Below, piece after piece: positions 12,961 through 28,866 of a stretch of 64,000 nt of DNA. Numbering within the stretch: the first letter of the stretch is position 1; each line of letters starts with the position of its first letter. The translations under genes were made by a program, and so were the position numbers. The notes below the pieces were generated by a model that was given only the letters and a program-made list of their open reading frames with translations, was not told the origin of the DNA and did not search any database. Location of the stretch: assembly GCA_009914755.4 (NCBI GenBank), contig CP068257.2, forward strand, positions 25,504,001 through 25,568,000, written 5' to 3'. Source of the DNA: the human T2T-CHM13v2.0 reference genome, Homo sapiens.

Positions 12961-15560
12961 TTCTCAGAATCTGCAAGTCCACCTTTCTAAATGATTATAA
13001 ATCTTTTGAGGCCCAGGACACAATTGTGGGTAACTTGGAGCTTACGCTCTACAATTTCAATAAATATGTGCTAAATAAATGATGTAGGAATGATATAGGA
13101 AGAAAGCAGTACACCACTGGAAATTACTATGATAAGCATGTAAATGATTCTGATTTGTACCAGTTATGCCTGAAAGTAGATGTTTTGCATTATGAGCTAG
13201 TTCTAAAAGACTCTCAGATGATTCTTAAAAGGATGATTGCACTTAATTTCACTTATAGTTTTGATTGGTGATGACAAAGTTTTCATTAAAGTTGTAAATT
13301 TCCACTCATTGCAGGAATGTCAGATGATCAAAAAGAGTGGGTACCAACTGAGCTATATACAAGCAAAGTGTCACTGTTAAAAAAAAAAAAAAGAAAAAAG
13401 AAAAATACTTCTTGATTCTAGAGAATAATTGACAGCTTGGAAAAAATCCACTCGGCCAGTTAGCTTTCCTCATTCTGCAAACATTAAATAGCATATTTTT
13501 ATTACAAACTTGACAGCCAGGCCTTAAGAATAAGCTCTGAAATGCCTGCGATTACATGTGTAGGCAGGGACTGCTATGACTGGCTGGGTTTCAGATTTGA
13601 GTGTTTGTTTAGACAGAGCAAGACCAAAAGGTGTTAGATCAGACCTAATCTCCACCAGACAGCTCAGAGGGGGGCTACAGATTTCTTCATTTGGTTTCAC
13701 CATTGAGTCTACGTCCCGTGGAAGCCATGTTATTCACCTTCACAGACCTCCCACCCATGAAAATAGGGACAGCCATTCCAAGAAAACAAGAACTAGAATT
13801 GCCACCCATGGAATAAAGCACATTTAGTGATGGTTGGGAGCAGCACTGTTTTTCTAAATTAACAAGCAGAAGGAAGCAAAGCGTGCTACTTTCTTGGCTT
13901 GGCTTATTTCTCACTTATTTATACACCTGAATCTCCACTGAAACAACACACTATTAGCTGAACAGAATCACCCTTTAGCCAGTGAGAGAAATTAGAAAAC
14001 ACACTTCATTGTAAGAGGTTTTATTTATTTATTACAACATGGCCAGAGGATAAGTATAAACATAACACAAACTGTTAATTTTAATTTTAATTTTAAAACA
14101 TGTTAGAGATTTCATGTGATCTGAATTCTTTCTCGGTCACTTCCGTCTTGGTCCCTACCACCAACCTTGCCCTTACTCCCAGCCCTTCAAGCAGCTTCTT
14201 AAGGGAAATTGACAAGAGAAAAACATATTTTTGAATAGGCTAAATTTGAAGTGTTCATTAAAACAAGTAGCTGATTGTAGGCTTCCACATCTCTTGAAAT
14301 GTTTTATGGCCGGTGTATGTCATTTAAAAAACCTTCCTTTTTCCAAAAAAAAAAAAAGAAAGAAAAGAAAATTATAGGATCAAATTAAACGCTCCCATTT
14401 CTGCTGTAGAGCTTGTGATGTCGTCAAGATCCATTTCATTTTTATGCCCCTATAACCTAGTTAAAGTACATTTTCTCTGTCTCTCCTCTCCGAGTCTGTT
14501 TATACCTGACTCCAGAATTATTTCTATCAGGGAGATACAAGGTCATTTTTTATACTATTAAAATAAACAGTTCTCCAGTTTTATACAAGACCTCTTTCAA
14601 ATATAGAACTTACGGGTTCTCTCTGTCAGATAATTTAAATGAATGTTTGAGACCTTTGGCTGGCTTTTTCTTTTATCATTCAAATATTGAAATTCTCAAA
14701 ATACCGCTCTGATTTTAAATAAGGAGGGACCTCACCCTCTTTAATTAGGAGTGACATAATCGGCACTGTCATAGATGATAGAAAAATGAATTAAAATTTT
14801 TTAAAGCCAATAAACTAAAACATTTTATTAGGTTTAATATAAATCTGATAGATTTAATTTTTATTCTTAAGCCTTTGAAATAGTATAAAAACAAATTTTA
14901 GCTACCACAATGGATTCATTTTGTTAATACCTCTTTGCCATGAACCAAAGTCAGACATAGTTGATTAGAAATGAAGACATTTTCATAGATCTTTGGTCTT
15001 TCAAGTTTCTTAGTAGCAGTACCTCAATATTTTAAAGGAGAATTCTCCACATTAACTTAAAAAATACTTAAGGCAATTTTTGAATTAATTTTATTTTTTC
15101 TACAAATAAAGTTAGTTTTTAAAATAAAAACAAGAAAATTCATTAATTTTGTAATTTTCCTGTACAAATTTAGAAATAATCTCTCATAAATAAGATAATT
15201 GACTAAAAATTTATTTTCTAAATTCTACAGTGTTACAGCTATCATTTGAATGTCTGTGTCCCTTCCAAAATTCATAATGAGACTTAATCTCCTAATGCAG
15301 TAGTACTAAGTTATGGGTCATTTAGAAGGTGGTTAGGCCATGAGGGCTCTGCACGCATATATGGATAGGTTTAGTGCCTATGAAAGGGCTGGAGAGAGCT
15401 AGCTAGCCCCTTTTTGTACTCTTATTCTTCCATCGCTTCTGCCATGTGAGGACATATTATCTGGCCCTTCTGCTTACTTCCACCACATGAGAATAAGCAA
15501 GAGGTGCCATATTGGAAGCAGAAAGTGGGCCTCATTCAGACACTAAACTTACTGACATCT

Positions 15561-15896
<336 letters not shown>

Positions 15897-16904
15897 CCTG
15901 CTGACATCTTGATCTTGGGCCTTCAGCTTCAAAAACTGTGAGAAATAAATTTCTGTTTTTTATAAATTACTCTGTCTAAGGTATTTTGTTATCGGAGCAG
16001 AAATAGACTAAGATAATTATTGTAGGAAATTAGGTGCCCTCATTATACAATGACATAAAATGGTTGAGGAACTAATTTTATGTTCAATGATAATTTTTTT
16101 ATTAATTGAACTTATTGAATTTTTTTCCCATTTAGGTAAAACTATACCATTTAAAAATTCTTTTTATGTCTGTCATAGAAACAAATAGAAGGGTTCATTT
16201 ACTCTAAATGGGAAGTCAATAAAGAAAGAATTTCACTTCTGGAAGTGTGCCAGTTAGAGAAAATTTGGGACTAGCCAGTTTAACAAAGAGTCTGGACTAT
16301 CCTTTGTCCTTTGCTGTGCAAAGTTTCGTGCGGGAAACATACATTCAGTAGCATAGTCTAAGACATCCAAAAGTATAACGAGAACTTTGAAAGTATAAAA
16401 TAATGAAGTTGACAAAGGGGAGCAGATAATTTTTTCGTCATGAACAACTATGCCAGGAGCCAAGATACTAATGCCAGAAGCCCCAGGGAATGCCTAGGCA
16501 TTTGAACATCATGCCTAATTGAGCACTTTTCCCCTTGGATCACATACATTAAGATTAAGTTACTAGAGAGATAGGACCTCCTAACATTTTATAACGATGG
16601 TGACAATAGCATTCCTGTAGCTCCATGTTCTGAGAGTAGAAATGTTTTTAAAATTGTTAATCAAGCCATTCTTTTGGTTTATAAGAATTCAAATTAATGC
16701 TAAAATAGCTAAATCATAGTGGATTTTAGGAAATGGTTTTAATCACTGCCAAAAGAAACTCTGGAGATTATAGGGAAGAAGGATTTCATGTTAAATGTCA
16801 ACTCATTGAAATCCTGCAATTTAAATGAGTCATTTCTACACCTTGCACTGAGAATGTCTTTCTCCCTTTCATTTAGGATTACCTAACTAGTCTATTTTTA
16901 CTCA

Positions 16905-17357
<453 letters not shown>

Positions 17358-17930
17358 CGTTGGCTCATTGTAGTTTTAATCCAGCAATCCAACTACTGAG
17401 TATATACTCGGAGGGAAATAATTCATTCTATCAAAAAGACTCATATACATTCATCACAGAGCTATTCACAATAGCAAACACATGGAATCAATGTAGGTGC
17501 CCGTCAGTGTTGGATTGGATCAAGAAAATGTGGGGCATATACACCCTGGAATACCACACAGCCATAAACATCAATGAAATCTTGTCCTTTGCAGCAATAT
17601 GGATGCGGGTAGAGGCCATTAAATTAAGTGAATTAATGCAAAACCAGAAAAGCAAATACTGTATGTTCTCACTTACAAGTAGGGGCTAAGTATTAAAAAC
17701 ACATAGACATAAAGATGGGAACAGTAGACACTGGGAATTACTAGAGGGGGGAGGAGAGAGGGAGGAATGGACTGAAAAACTACCTATTGAGTACTATGCT
17801 CACCATCTGGGTGAGGTGACAGAACCATTCGTATCCCAAACCTCATCATCATGTAATATAAACACAACCTTGCACATGTACCCCTGAATCCGAAACAAAA
17901 AAAATTACAATGTGTAAGATGAAAAGAAAA
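17358..17930 (+). mobile_element. L1 3' end (end of ORF2 plus 3' UTR), the sense part of the twin-primed L1
   Basis: ccagcaatccaactactgagtatatactc...attcacaatagcaaacacatggaatcaatgtaggtgcccgtcagtgttggattggatcaagaaaatgtgg...cacatgtacccctgaatccgaaacaaaaaaaa. Confidence 0.85.
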
Positions 17931-17937
17931 GAATTCT

Positions 17938-18222
17938 CTTTTTTTTTTTTTTTGACCTGGAGTCTGATTCTGTCACCCAGGCTGGAGGACAGTGACGCCA
18001 TCTTGGCTCACTGCAACCTTCACCTCCTGGGTTCAAGCGAATCCTCCTGAGTAGCTGGGACTATAGGTGCCCGCCACCATGCCCGGCTAATTTTTGTATT
18101 TTTAGTAGAGACGGGGTTTCACCATGTTGGCCAGGCTGGTCTGCAACTCCTGACCTCAGGTGATCTGCCTGTCTTGGCCTCCCAAAGTGCTGGGATTACG
18201 GGAGTGAGCCACCACACATGGG
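17938..18222 (-). mobile_element. Alu SINE
   Basis: Poly-T run followed by gacctggagtctgattctgtcacccaggctggag...cccaaagtgctgggattacgggagtgagccaccacacatgggc. Confidence 0.95.
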
Positions 18223-19694
18223 CAAATTCTTACAGATTTTTTTTTTAATCCAAAAGAAAGAAATTAATTTCTAAGATTAAGTAAATTTGAGAAGGTTGGT
18301 ACACGTTCATCAGCTGATTAAAATTTAACCATAACATGTTCACTTAAGAGTCTCTAAAATGAGATACTGGATTTACCCGGGAATTAGTTTGCCCCACTAT
18401 TAGTCTTATTTGTACTTCTCTCTGGCCTGACCTTGGTTGTCTTTGCATTGGTGGAGCCTGGGTTGAGTGATTACAGAGGGTGTGAAGAAGGGGCTACTTT
18501 CTCAGCACTCCACGTCACTACAACCTTTCAGATGCACACGTCCCTTTTGACCTAAGTAGCTTTCCTCAGGACAAGGGGTCAGAAGAGTGACAGACTTTTA
18601 ACCCGAATATACCCAGGAGGTCTACATAGTGTCCTTTTCATTACAGTATTCAGGCCAGTATATTTTCTGCTTGTTTGTTCATTGTTCGTTTATTTTAAAC
18701 AGAGTGTTTTCCTGCAGGTAGTAAGGAAAATATATTTTCCAACTTCATTAAAATCAATACTTACTGGTTCACCACTTAGTTGCAATGTCTTAACTCTTAC
18801 AACTTAGCGGTGAGTTCTTAATGGATTTAGGCATGACGTCACTAACCAAGTTCTAGTGTCTAGACTATTTACAGTGTAGTTTCTATTTATTAGCTTTCTT
18901 TCCTGGACTACATAATTGAGTCACCAAATGATTTTTATACATGGCATCACGTTAGGTATGATAACCCCATATTTGTGATGAGGTGGGGAAATCTTGTTAA
19001 TACCTTTCATCAGAATTCCTTTTATAAAAAGCTAGTGTATTTGCTCAGGGAAAAATACAAAGAAAATAACTACAGTCCCTTGACAAGTGATTGAGAGTGG
19101 AAGATGAGATCTTCAGGGACCTGGAAGTGGGTGGAAATGTTCTAAGTGAGATGTTAAAGTAATATACCTGTCAATCTAGAAAAAGGAGTGAGGAAGAGGG
19201 TTGTGGAGCTAGGTAGATGGTAGAGAGCTGTATGGAATTTAAAATAACTCCACCCATCGTCTGCTGTATGTTGAGTGAAGTTACCAAACTGAGAAATGCA
19301 TGTCATTAGTAGATGTGAGTGTTTAAGAGTGATGTGTGTTTGAAGGTGTGTATATGAACCAGTGACGGGGCTGGGTACATATCTGTACTCGTGGAGGGCA
19401 AAAGTCCACACAGACAGGAAAACACACAGTCAGAAGAAAGCCTGAGGACCTGTCTCAGCAGCTCCCAGAGACTGTGAGGAGGGCTCTGTATAGTCACAGC
19501 CTGAAATTGTGTTTCAGGTCAGGTTTAACCAGATCTCCAAGGATCAGAAGGATTCAAGATAATGTATGTGTCCCTTGGGGCAGATAAATATATGAAAAAT
19601 GGTTTCTAGGAAAGAACAGGATGGGGAGTCAACTATTGGTTCTGGCTTTTCTCCTGATTAAGGAGAAGGAACTCCATTTAAACTATAAAATGAG

Positions 19695-19850
19695 GGTGGG
19701 AGGAGAGAGGATCAGAAAAAATTACTAGTGGGTACTAGGCTTACTACCTGGGTGACAAAATAATCTGCAACAAACCTTTGTGACATGAGTTATTGATAGA
19801 AAAAACTGGCACATGTACTCCTGAACATAAAAGTTTAAAAAAAAAAAACA
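19695..19850 (+). mobile_element. L1 3'-terminal fragment of about 155 bp, with TSD
   Basis: ggtgggaggagagaggatcagaaaaaattactagtgggtactaggcttactacctgggtgac...acatgtactcctgaacataaaagtttaaaaaaaaaaaa. It is flanked by aactataaaatgag on the left and aactataaaacgag on the right. Confidence 0.85.
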
Positions 19851-21406
19851 ACTATAAAACGAGAAGCGTTTTGGGACTAGATTAAGCCAAAATATTCTTC
19901 CCCTACTCTGGAACCAGGAAGATATTCTCTGTATTATCTCCTATTAGCAATATAATTTTCTCTTTTATATGTCGATATTTATTCCATCTGAATTTTCCTT
20001 TTGGATGTGGTGTGAGAAAGGGACTCAAATTTATTTTTTTCTTATAATGAACTGCTTTTGTTAATATCATTTAAAACTACTCCATCTTTTCCCTTATGGG
20101 TTGTGATGCCAACTCTATGCTTTCTGTCTGACCACATATTAGTTGAAATTTTATTCCCTATGAATCTTCTCATGATTTCTTTGTAGATTTATAGCTATTA
20201 TTTCTTTCTCCTTTAAAAAATTAGTAGGAGGGAAGTCTCAGGATATTTAAATGGTGATGCATGTGACTAATATACGATCATTGAACTTTTCCAATGACAT
20301 TGCAATTCTCTAAATATTAAATCCTCTAAATGTTAAAATTAAACTCAGACCTATAATGCCTGAGTAGGGGGCACCCACGTAACTGAGTCAGTTATATGTG
20401 TGTATTAATGCATCACTTTAAGAAACATTTATTGAGTGCCTGTGATATGCCAGGCACTGGCTGTCTAAGAATATGGAAATGAATAGGACTGATGGTTGTC
20501 ATTTGCATCGCTATTGGTTTATTGTCTATCAAACAGCTTTGCCATGTAAGGCTCTATGCTAAGCAATCATTTTCATTAGATATTAGCTGGGTCTGGAACA
20601 AAAGAAATAAAATGAAATAATGTACCTAGAGATGTCAGATATTATGGGATCACCAGAGTTTTTCAATTGAAGGATTACATTAACTTGTGACAACCTACAA
20701 CTTGTAAGATATGAATTTTGCTATCTGCTAAGTAAGCTAACCACTAAGCTGTCATACTCTAAAGAGAAAATCAGCACTCATACCTATAAAGTATATGAGA
20801 ATTTATTGTTGAGGAAATATTTTATTTCTTATGTTTTGCTAAAACATATGAAATAATTTTAATTTTTAATTACTAATTTTTAATAAGACAACAAATGTCT
20901 CATTTATAGGTTAGTCCCTTTGGCTATCTACCCAAAGCAAAATCAAGAACTGTTGATTAAATAAAAAGCAATACTTCAGAACTAAAATAAATGTCACAGG
21001 CCATACACTAAAATTCATTGACTTCAGCCATAATAGACCTCGTGAATCCTTGCTTTGTTTGTATATATTTTTACTTCTGTAACACATTCTATAAATGTAG
21101 TCATCTAAATGTCCAGCTCACCACAGATTAGAAGCATAAAATAGAAGTGTAAAGTTATAAAAACAGCATCAGTAACTAGAGGAAGATAACCAATAATAGG
21201 AGAGAGTTATACCGGACAGCATGAAAGGTGACTGGGAATGCAGAATTCAAAACACAAAAGAGCATGGTAAAGTATAATCATGCATTTAACATTATAGCTA
21301 ATGATCCCTGGCCCCTTTTCTATAATAATGGTTGTTGATGATAGTGCCCTTCATGCTTAAAAAATGTAAATTTAGGATAAGTATCTCTGGTTAAAAAGAC
21401 AGATAT

Positions 21407-21904
<498 letters not shown>

Positions 21905-22184
21905 TCAGGTTCATCTCATTGAACCTGCCATCGTCAGGCATTGTGATGGATTTTCAAAAAGGTTATTTCATTAATTTTGATATGTACAGGGTAGAGTATA
22001 TGTTATTGTTTATACGCTTACAGATAAAACTGTTTCAGTAATTCACTTCAAATCACACCACCGGATAGTGACTGAACTGCAATTGGAATCAGTTCCAATT
22101 ACCAATTAATTAATTTTATTGGTAATTACCAATTACCGATAAAAATGGCCATTTTTATTGTAAGCGATGCAGTCTAGAACATTG

Positions 22185-22395
22185 GCTAGGACTGCTTTCA
22201 AGTCAGAGGACCTTGATTTTGAATCTCAAGTTTGGCATTACCTATTTGGCCATAAGAAATGACTTAGACTTGTGCACATGTACCCTAAAACTTAAAGTAT
22301 AATAATAAAAAAAAAAAGAAAGAAAGAAATGACTTAGACTTTCTGTGACAGAGCTTCCTCACCTGTAAAATAGGAATGGTAATACCCAATTTAAA
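22185..22395 (+). mobile_element. MIR SINE, interrupted by a tiny L1 3' fragment
   Basis: The left piece is gtcagaggaccttgattttgaatctcaagtttggcattacctatttggccat. The right piece is ttctgtgacagagcttcctcacctgtaaaataggaatggtaatacc. Together they follow the MIR core (ctgggttcaaatcc...ctgtgtgaccttgggcaagtcacttaacctctctgtgcctcagtttcctcatctgtaaaatgggg). Confidence 0.55.
22272..22317 (+). mobile_element. severely 5'-truncated L1 3' end (about 46 bp) with a 16-bp TSD
   Basis: gtgcacatgtaccctaaaacttaaagtataataataaaaaaaaaaa is flanked by agaaatgacttagactt at 22256-22271 and again at 22326-22341. Confidence 0.8.
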
Positions 22396-23291
22396 TAGTC
22401 ATGAAGATTTGATGAGATAAAGTATGTAAGTAAACACTTTGCATAATGATTAGCACTTTGTAATCACTCGACAAAGGAAAATATTCCATGACTCTTAATT
22501 GGAGAAACTTCTATCATTAGAGAATGCAAGATTTAAAGATAGCTTAGTCTCTCAGAATTCAGAATAAATTAAGTCATATTTCGATTATAATTAATCTACA
22601 GCAAGTAGTAAATACTCATCTTGTTGTAATAGTTGGCCATTGAATAAACTTAAGACGTTTTTCTGAGTCATCTGTTTTCTCAATCTTTAACAGTGTAATC
22701 CTTTTATCTCTAAACTCAGGAAACCATTCTTCAAAGTCTTACTATTTATTGTCAGAGAAAGCATATGTTTGTTAAGAGATCAGTATAAAGCTATCCCAGC
22801 TAATTGAGAGGAAAAAAATCAAGTCATATATCGTAAGTGGCATTATGTAAATAACATCTTATAGGCTAATTAGAAATAATTAGTTTTTAAATATTGGAGT
22901 TCACATTAAATTTATATTTTTTTTGTTAAATAATAGATGCCTACAAGTCAAACTGACTTTCTAACAATTAATATAAAAATAGATTTCCAATATTCTTCCT
23001 TTATTGTTCCATGCTGTTTTCCATTCTCTAGAAAGAACCTAGAGTGATCTCTTAAAGTACATGATAGTTCATTTGTCTTTCTATTTAAAACCCTCTGATG
23101 GCTTCCCATTACATGTAAAATAAGGCCTCATCTTCTTAAGGGCCCACAAGGTACTATATGATCTGGTTCTTGTCTCTGAATTCTTCTTCCTTCCATCCTC
23201 TTCCTTGCTTACTCTGTAGCTAACAAAGCATGTTCTTAACAATCCTTGAACATGTCCAGCTCATTTAAAACTCCACATCTTTTACCATGAG

Positions 23292-23660
23292 TGATATGAT
23301 TTGGCTGTGTCCTCACCCAAATCTCATCTTGAATTGCAGTTCCCATAAGCTGCACGTTTCTGGAAGGACCCGGTGGGAGGTGATTGAATCATGGGGGCTG
23401 TTACCCTCATGCTATTCTTGTGATAGTAGGTGAGTTCTCATGAAATCTGATAGTTTTACAAAGGACTTTTCTCCCCTTCACTCTGTACTTCTCCTTGCTG
23501 CTGCCATGTGAAGAAGGGTGTTTACTTCCCCTTCCACCATGAGTGTAAGTTTCCTGAGGCTTCCCAAGCATGCTGAACTGTGAGTCAATTAAACCTCTTT
23601 CCTTTATAAATTACTCAGTCTTGGGTATCTATTAGTAGCATGAGAATGGACTAATACAAT
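23292..23660 (+). mobile_element. THE1/MST-type MaLR solo LTR
   Basis: tgatatgatttggctgtgtcctcacccaaatctcatcttgaattgcagttcccataagctgcacgtttctggaaggacccggtgggaggtgattgaatcatggggg...cctttataaattactcagtcttgggtatctattagtagcatgagaatggactaatacaatgag. Confidence 0.8.
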
Positions 23661-23797
23661 GAGTGCTTTTCCTTACATTGCCAGCTTCTCATTCAGCTCA
23701 TTATTTCCTTTTCTACTCAAATGTCTCATGATCCTTCAGGGAACTTGCCTGACACCTTCTCTTTCACCATTCTGTGTGTGTAAAAATACATACAAGG

Positions 23798-24146
<349 letters not shown>

Positions 24147-24523
24147 TTATCTCCCATTTCTGCCCAAAATTATTTTCTGTAGTACTTCCCTTCACCATCT
24201 GTTGATGGCATCTTAGGTATAACCTATAACTTTTGGTCAATTCCAGGTGTCAGTTCTATAATTACCATCCTTGACTTCATTTTATCTGTTCTGTTCTTTT
24301 GGCATTCCTATTGAGCTACAGAATACATTGTTATAGATATATAGAATACATAGCCACAGATACATAGACTTTCAGTATCTACTATTCATAGTATTTTTAA
24401 ACCATCAGTCCTTGCTTCATCTAGAACCATTATTTTATTCATCCTATCCATAAATTTTTTCCAACATACATCTATATTTATATCTATACCTAATCTATGC
24501 ATTTGTTTAAATTCAACATGGTG

Positions 24524-24556
24524 TGTGTGTGTGTGTGTGTCTGTGTGTGTGTGTGA
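24524..24556. repeat. (GT)n microsatellite
   Basis: gtgtgtgtgtgtgtgtgtctgtgtgtgtgtgtg. It is translated as HTHTHT in the spurious ORF 24386-24613. Confidence 0.9.
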
Positions 24557-25147
24557 ATATATCTTCATTATCCCTAATGGATCCTTTTTTATGGCAATTT
24601 GCTTTTGTTTCATAAATTCAACATTAGCTTAATTAATTTCACTTGTTTTAAAGTCTTCTTCTGAGTGCTTTAGTATTATTTCCTTGTGTGTGAGTACTTT
24701 GGTTTGTTATTTGTTTATGTGGTCTTCATGCTTCTCAGATAATTTGGAATCATTGACCTTGAGCTTATCTTTGCGTTCACAATTCCTTAACAACTGCTTA
24801 CTGCTGTTTACTGCAGAGTTCACCAAAGTGAGTGAGAAAAAAATTACTTCTAGAGCTCTTGTTCCTCACTTTTTCAGTAAGATGAGAAATTGTTGGAACA
24901 ATAGCTTTACATCTGGTCTTCTTTATCTTCTCTCAGCTTTGCCTGGTTTAGACCTTTCACTGGGTGGTCCTTGTCAGTTACCTCTCTCTCACCCCAGCTT
25001 CCACCACCTCAAGATATAGAGATTTTTGAGATAATCCCACTTTATTTGGCATTGTTTTCCACAGGCTTGATCACCTGCCATTTTTCTCTTTGAATCTCAT
25101 CTTCTTCAACATTACATTATGAGTATAGGGTTAAGAAGCTATATAGT

Positions 25148-25538
<391 letters not shown>

Positions 25539-25588
25539 CTATAAAGATATCTGAGCTAAAAATAACATTTCTTTGTTTCTTTCTTTAG

Positions 25589-25685
25589 ACTGAGAAAACG
25601 TGGTCCTTTTGTCGGTAAAAGAGTTTGGTATAACAACATCAATGCATGCGGGAATTGTTCCTTTCTGCCTAAAGTACAGTTTTGG
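25589..25685 (+). other. speculative candidate internal exon (97 nt) with canonical splice signals
   Basis: A polypyrimidine tract plus AG (tttctttgtttctttctttag) precedes it and the donor gtaagt follows it. Only one of three frames is open across it (LRKRGPFVGKRVWYNNINACGNCSFLPKVQFW). It retains several CpG dinucleotides in an AT-rich context. I recognise no homologue. Confidence 0.12.
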
Positions 25686-27059
25686 GTAAGTTATTCAGTG
25701 TTTACTGGATGTCTACTCTGGTTAGAATATTGTCATAGTAGAAGAAAAAAAATCTCTTATTAGAAATCAACTTAGAGCCTAAGAACATTGGATCTTTAAA
25801 CAATTGGTTTAAGCAAGTTCTTTAGGAGAAAAACAGTGTCTTTCATCTACAAATGTTAATTTCAATTCCACCTTTATATGATCTGAGGGAACAGATAATG
25901 GCAACATTAAAAGAGAATGTTCTTTAGGTTTTACTTAAGCAAATGCTGATAGAAAAGATTTAAGTAAATAGGAAATGACTTGACCATTAGCATGATTGTA
26001 TTTTAAATAGCCGTTAGTTTTAGAGAGCACTCACCAATAAATAGCAAAACGTACCCCTGTAATTTATAAATTCTCTGTCTTTCCTCTGGTGAAGTATAAA
26101 ACTCACTTTTGTTCCCTTATTTCAGTGCTTTACAGAGTTAATAAAATAATGACCTTCCCCACCCTTCATTTTAAGATCATAACTAGTGTAGAAGTTTCCA
26201 TTGAAATTGTTAGATTTTTCTTTTTTTTCAGTTCACTGGATATGATCTTTGGCCTGGTTTTGATGTTACTCATTTGTTTTTGGATCAACTTTTACCATGT
26301 GGCTGAGATTTTTTGTGTTGTTGTAATAATACTAAGTTACATCACTGCTCTTCTGAAAAGTAGAACTGAATGAAAATTAAACCTTAAAAAACACTATGTT
26401 TGAGCAATGTTAAACATCTGCCTTGAACTTACAAGGGCAGGGCAGGGCAGGGCACAGCTTTTTTTTTGTAACTTAAGTCCTGAGTTGATCTGGTTTTTAA
26501 ATAACTATCAGCTCTAAAATACAAGTGTCCGGGCATGTAAATGCAATTAATTTTATTTTAGTTTATAGCTAGAATTTTTAAAAAGTTAAATCTCTTAAGA
26601 GAATTTTTAACTTCTTAGAGGAACATATTAGGGCTTAGCATGATGTTTAATTGTCCTGTTTAAATATTCTGTCTTTAGTCAGCCTTTGGGCAAATTACAT
26701 GTTATCATTTTCCCAGACAATACTTAACTCAATCATTTGCACTCTTATTTAAAAATGTGAATGAATTACTGACATATCATTGACACCTTGCTTTTATATG
26801 GGAAATTTGACTGAAAATTTCATAGGTGTTGCCATGAAACGGGCATTATTGTGGCAAAAATGAAGTTTTCCCATAAACTTAAGACCCTCTTCACCTTATT
26901 TTCTCCACCTCCCAAGGAGTGAAAAGTTGTTAGTTTTGCTATCACTATATAAATTTTAATCAGGGCCTGTTTGTTAGTATTAAATGGAATTCACATCAAA
27001 TATAAACTGGTCTTTTGGTTTAATAGTTAAGAGTTTATTTTTACTATTTAGTTTAATAG

Positions 27060-27435
<376 letters not shown>

Positions 27436-28866
27436 TAAAAAAAAATACTGTGTATTAGAGAATCTTGAAATCAAGGGAAATTTTAAATTGACAATACTGA
27501 TTACTTTTTGGCAAAAATGTCAAAGTTTTATGGTCTTACAAAAAGATATGATTGACTAGGAGGCCAAAGTAGTCAGTGGAAATAGCAATGAGTTTTGAAA
27601 CCAACAACAAAAGAAAATGACCAGTGAAAGTAACCAAGCCAAAAAAAATTGAAGTTAAAGTAGTTTTCTCATGGTGCACACCCATGAAATAGCTTTGTCA
27701 TGATTTTATATTGGCAAGTGTTTCATCAAGATCATAATGAGGTAAGAGGATAGACACTGCTTGAGAACTGCACTGATATTATCAGCCATTTTCCCTTTTA
27801 AATAGTCTAGTTTTGGAAAGTAATATTAGAAAACTTATAAATCCTCAGTTTAATATTTTAGTAAATATTTGTCAATTACAGAATTTTAGAAAATGACTTG
27901 AAAGGATTTATTTTTGTTTACAAATTACTCCTTTTCAAATAACAAAATTGAGACAGTGAAATGCTTTGCATTATATTTCCATGACAGCTCCATGAGATAG
28001 ATAGGCAAGTTTATCATCCATATTTTACAGTTGGAAAAACTGAAACAGGTAAGTTAAGCAACATGACCAAGATGGCACAACTCGGGAGGGTGAAGTAGGG
28101 AAAAGAACAGCACAACCTCTCTGAGACAATCCTCTGTACCATGTCTATACTGCGTACCAGTGCCTGAGTTCATCGCAGGAGGAAGACGTGGGCAAGTAGG
28201 GCAGTTGATCTGTTGGGGGAAGGAGGAAGAAAGGGATTGTTTGTTTGATCTAGGGGCAAACTAATGTAAATTGGCATAAGATCATGGAGGGAGTGGAATG
28301 CTTATGGTAAAAATTTTGAATCTAATTTTGTAGGCAAGGAAAAGGCAGGCTTAGGCTATCTCTGAGCCGACAGAATAGCTTTATTCTAGGTTTGGAACTA
28401 GGTGTCTGGTAGTTGAGAATAAATTAATATTGGTCAATAGAGGCTTTATCCAGAAATAAGCAATTATTTCTTTATTGAATAATTCTACAAACAGTCGTCA
28501 GATTTACTTTGTAAAATCATATGTCCTTGAAGGCTATACATGAATTGATTTTTATTTGAAATTGTTAAAGAGAATATGCCTACTTGAAAAAGCTTATCAG
28601 CTGCCATTTTTTGTTCCAAAATAACAAATTAAAAATTTACATTGAAGTTTTGTCTTGTTTGCAAACCTCTCAGCTAGGGTTCTACGCAAAATAAATAGAA
28701 AGGAACAAGTTACTGAAGCCTTCACTAAACAGTAATTGAAAAATATTTATGGCATTTGAAAGATGTTTTAAAATGTATTTTGTAGCTCAAAGTGCCATAA
28801 ATTAGAAATATGAAAATAAAGAAAATAGAATGGTATGTAGAAAGTAAAGAGCATAAGCTTTTATTT

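Noticed and set aside
13560-13830. Unique segment with ORFs of 75-83 aa on both strands and a few CpGs
   Set aside because: There is no start, splice or codon-bias support. It could be a regulatory element, but nothing in the raw sequence distinguishes it, so I do not list it as a feature.
22080-22145. Palindrome-like AT-rich stretch (ccaattaccaattaattaattttattggtaattaccaattacc), considered as a hairpin or TIR
   Set aside because: The inverted symmetry is imperfect. It is made of simple AATT and ACCAATT motifs and has no flanking TSD or element body. Most likely it is low-complexity sequence.
24386-24613. ORFs with HTHTHTHT or SIYLSIYL runs (24386-24613, 41053-41465, 7948-8228, 36730-37071)
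   Set aside because: These are translations of (GT)n, (TG)n and (TATC)n microsatellites.
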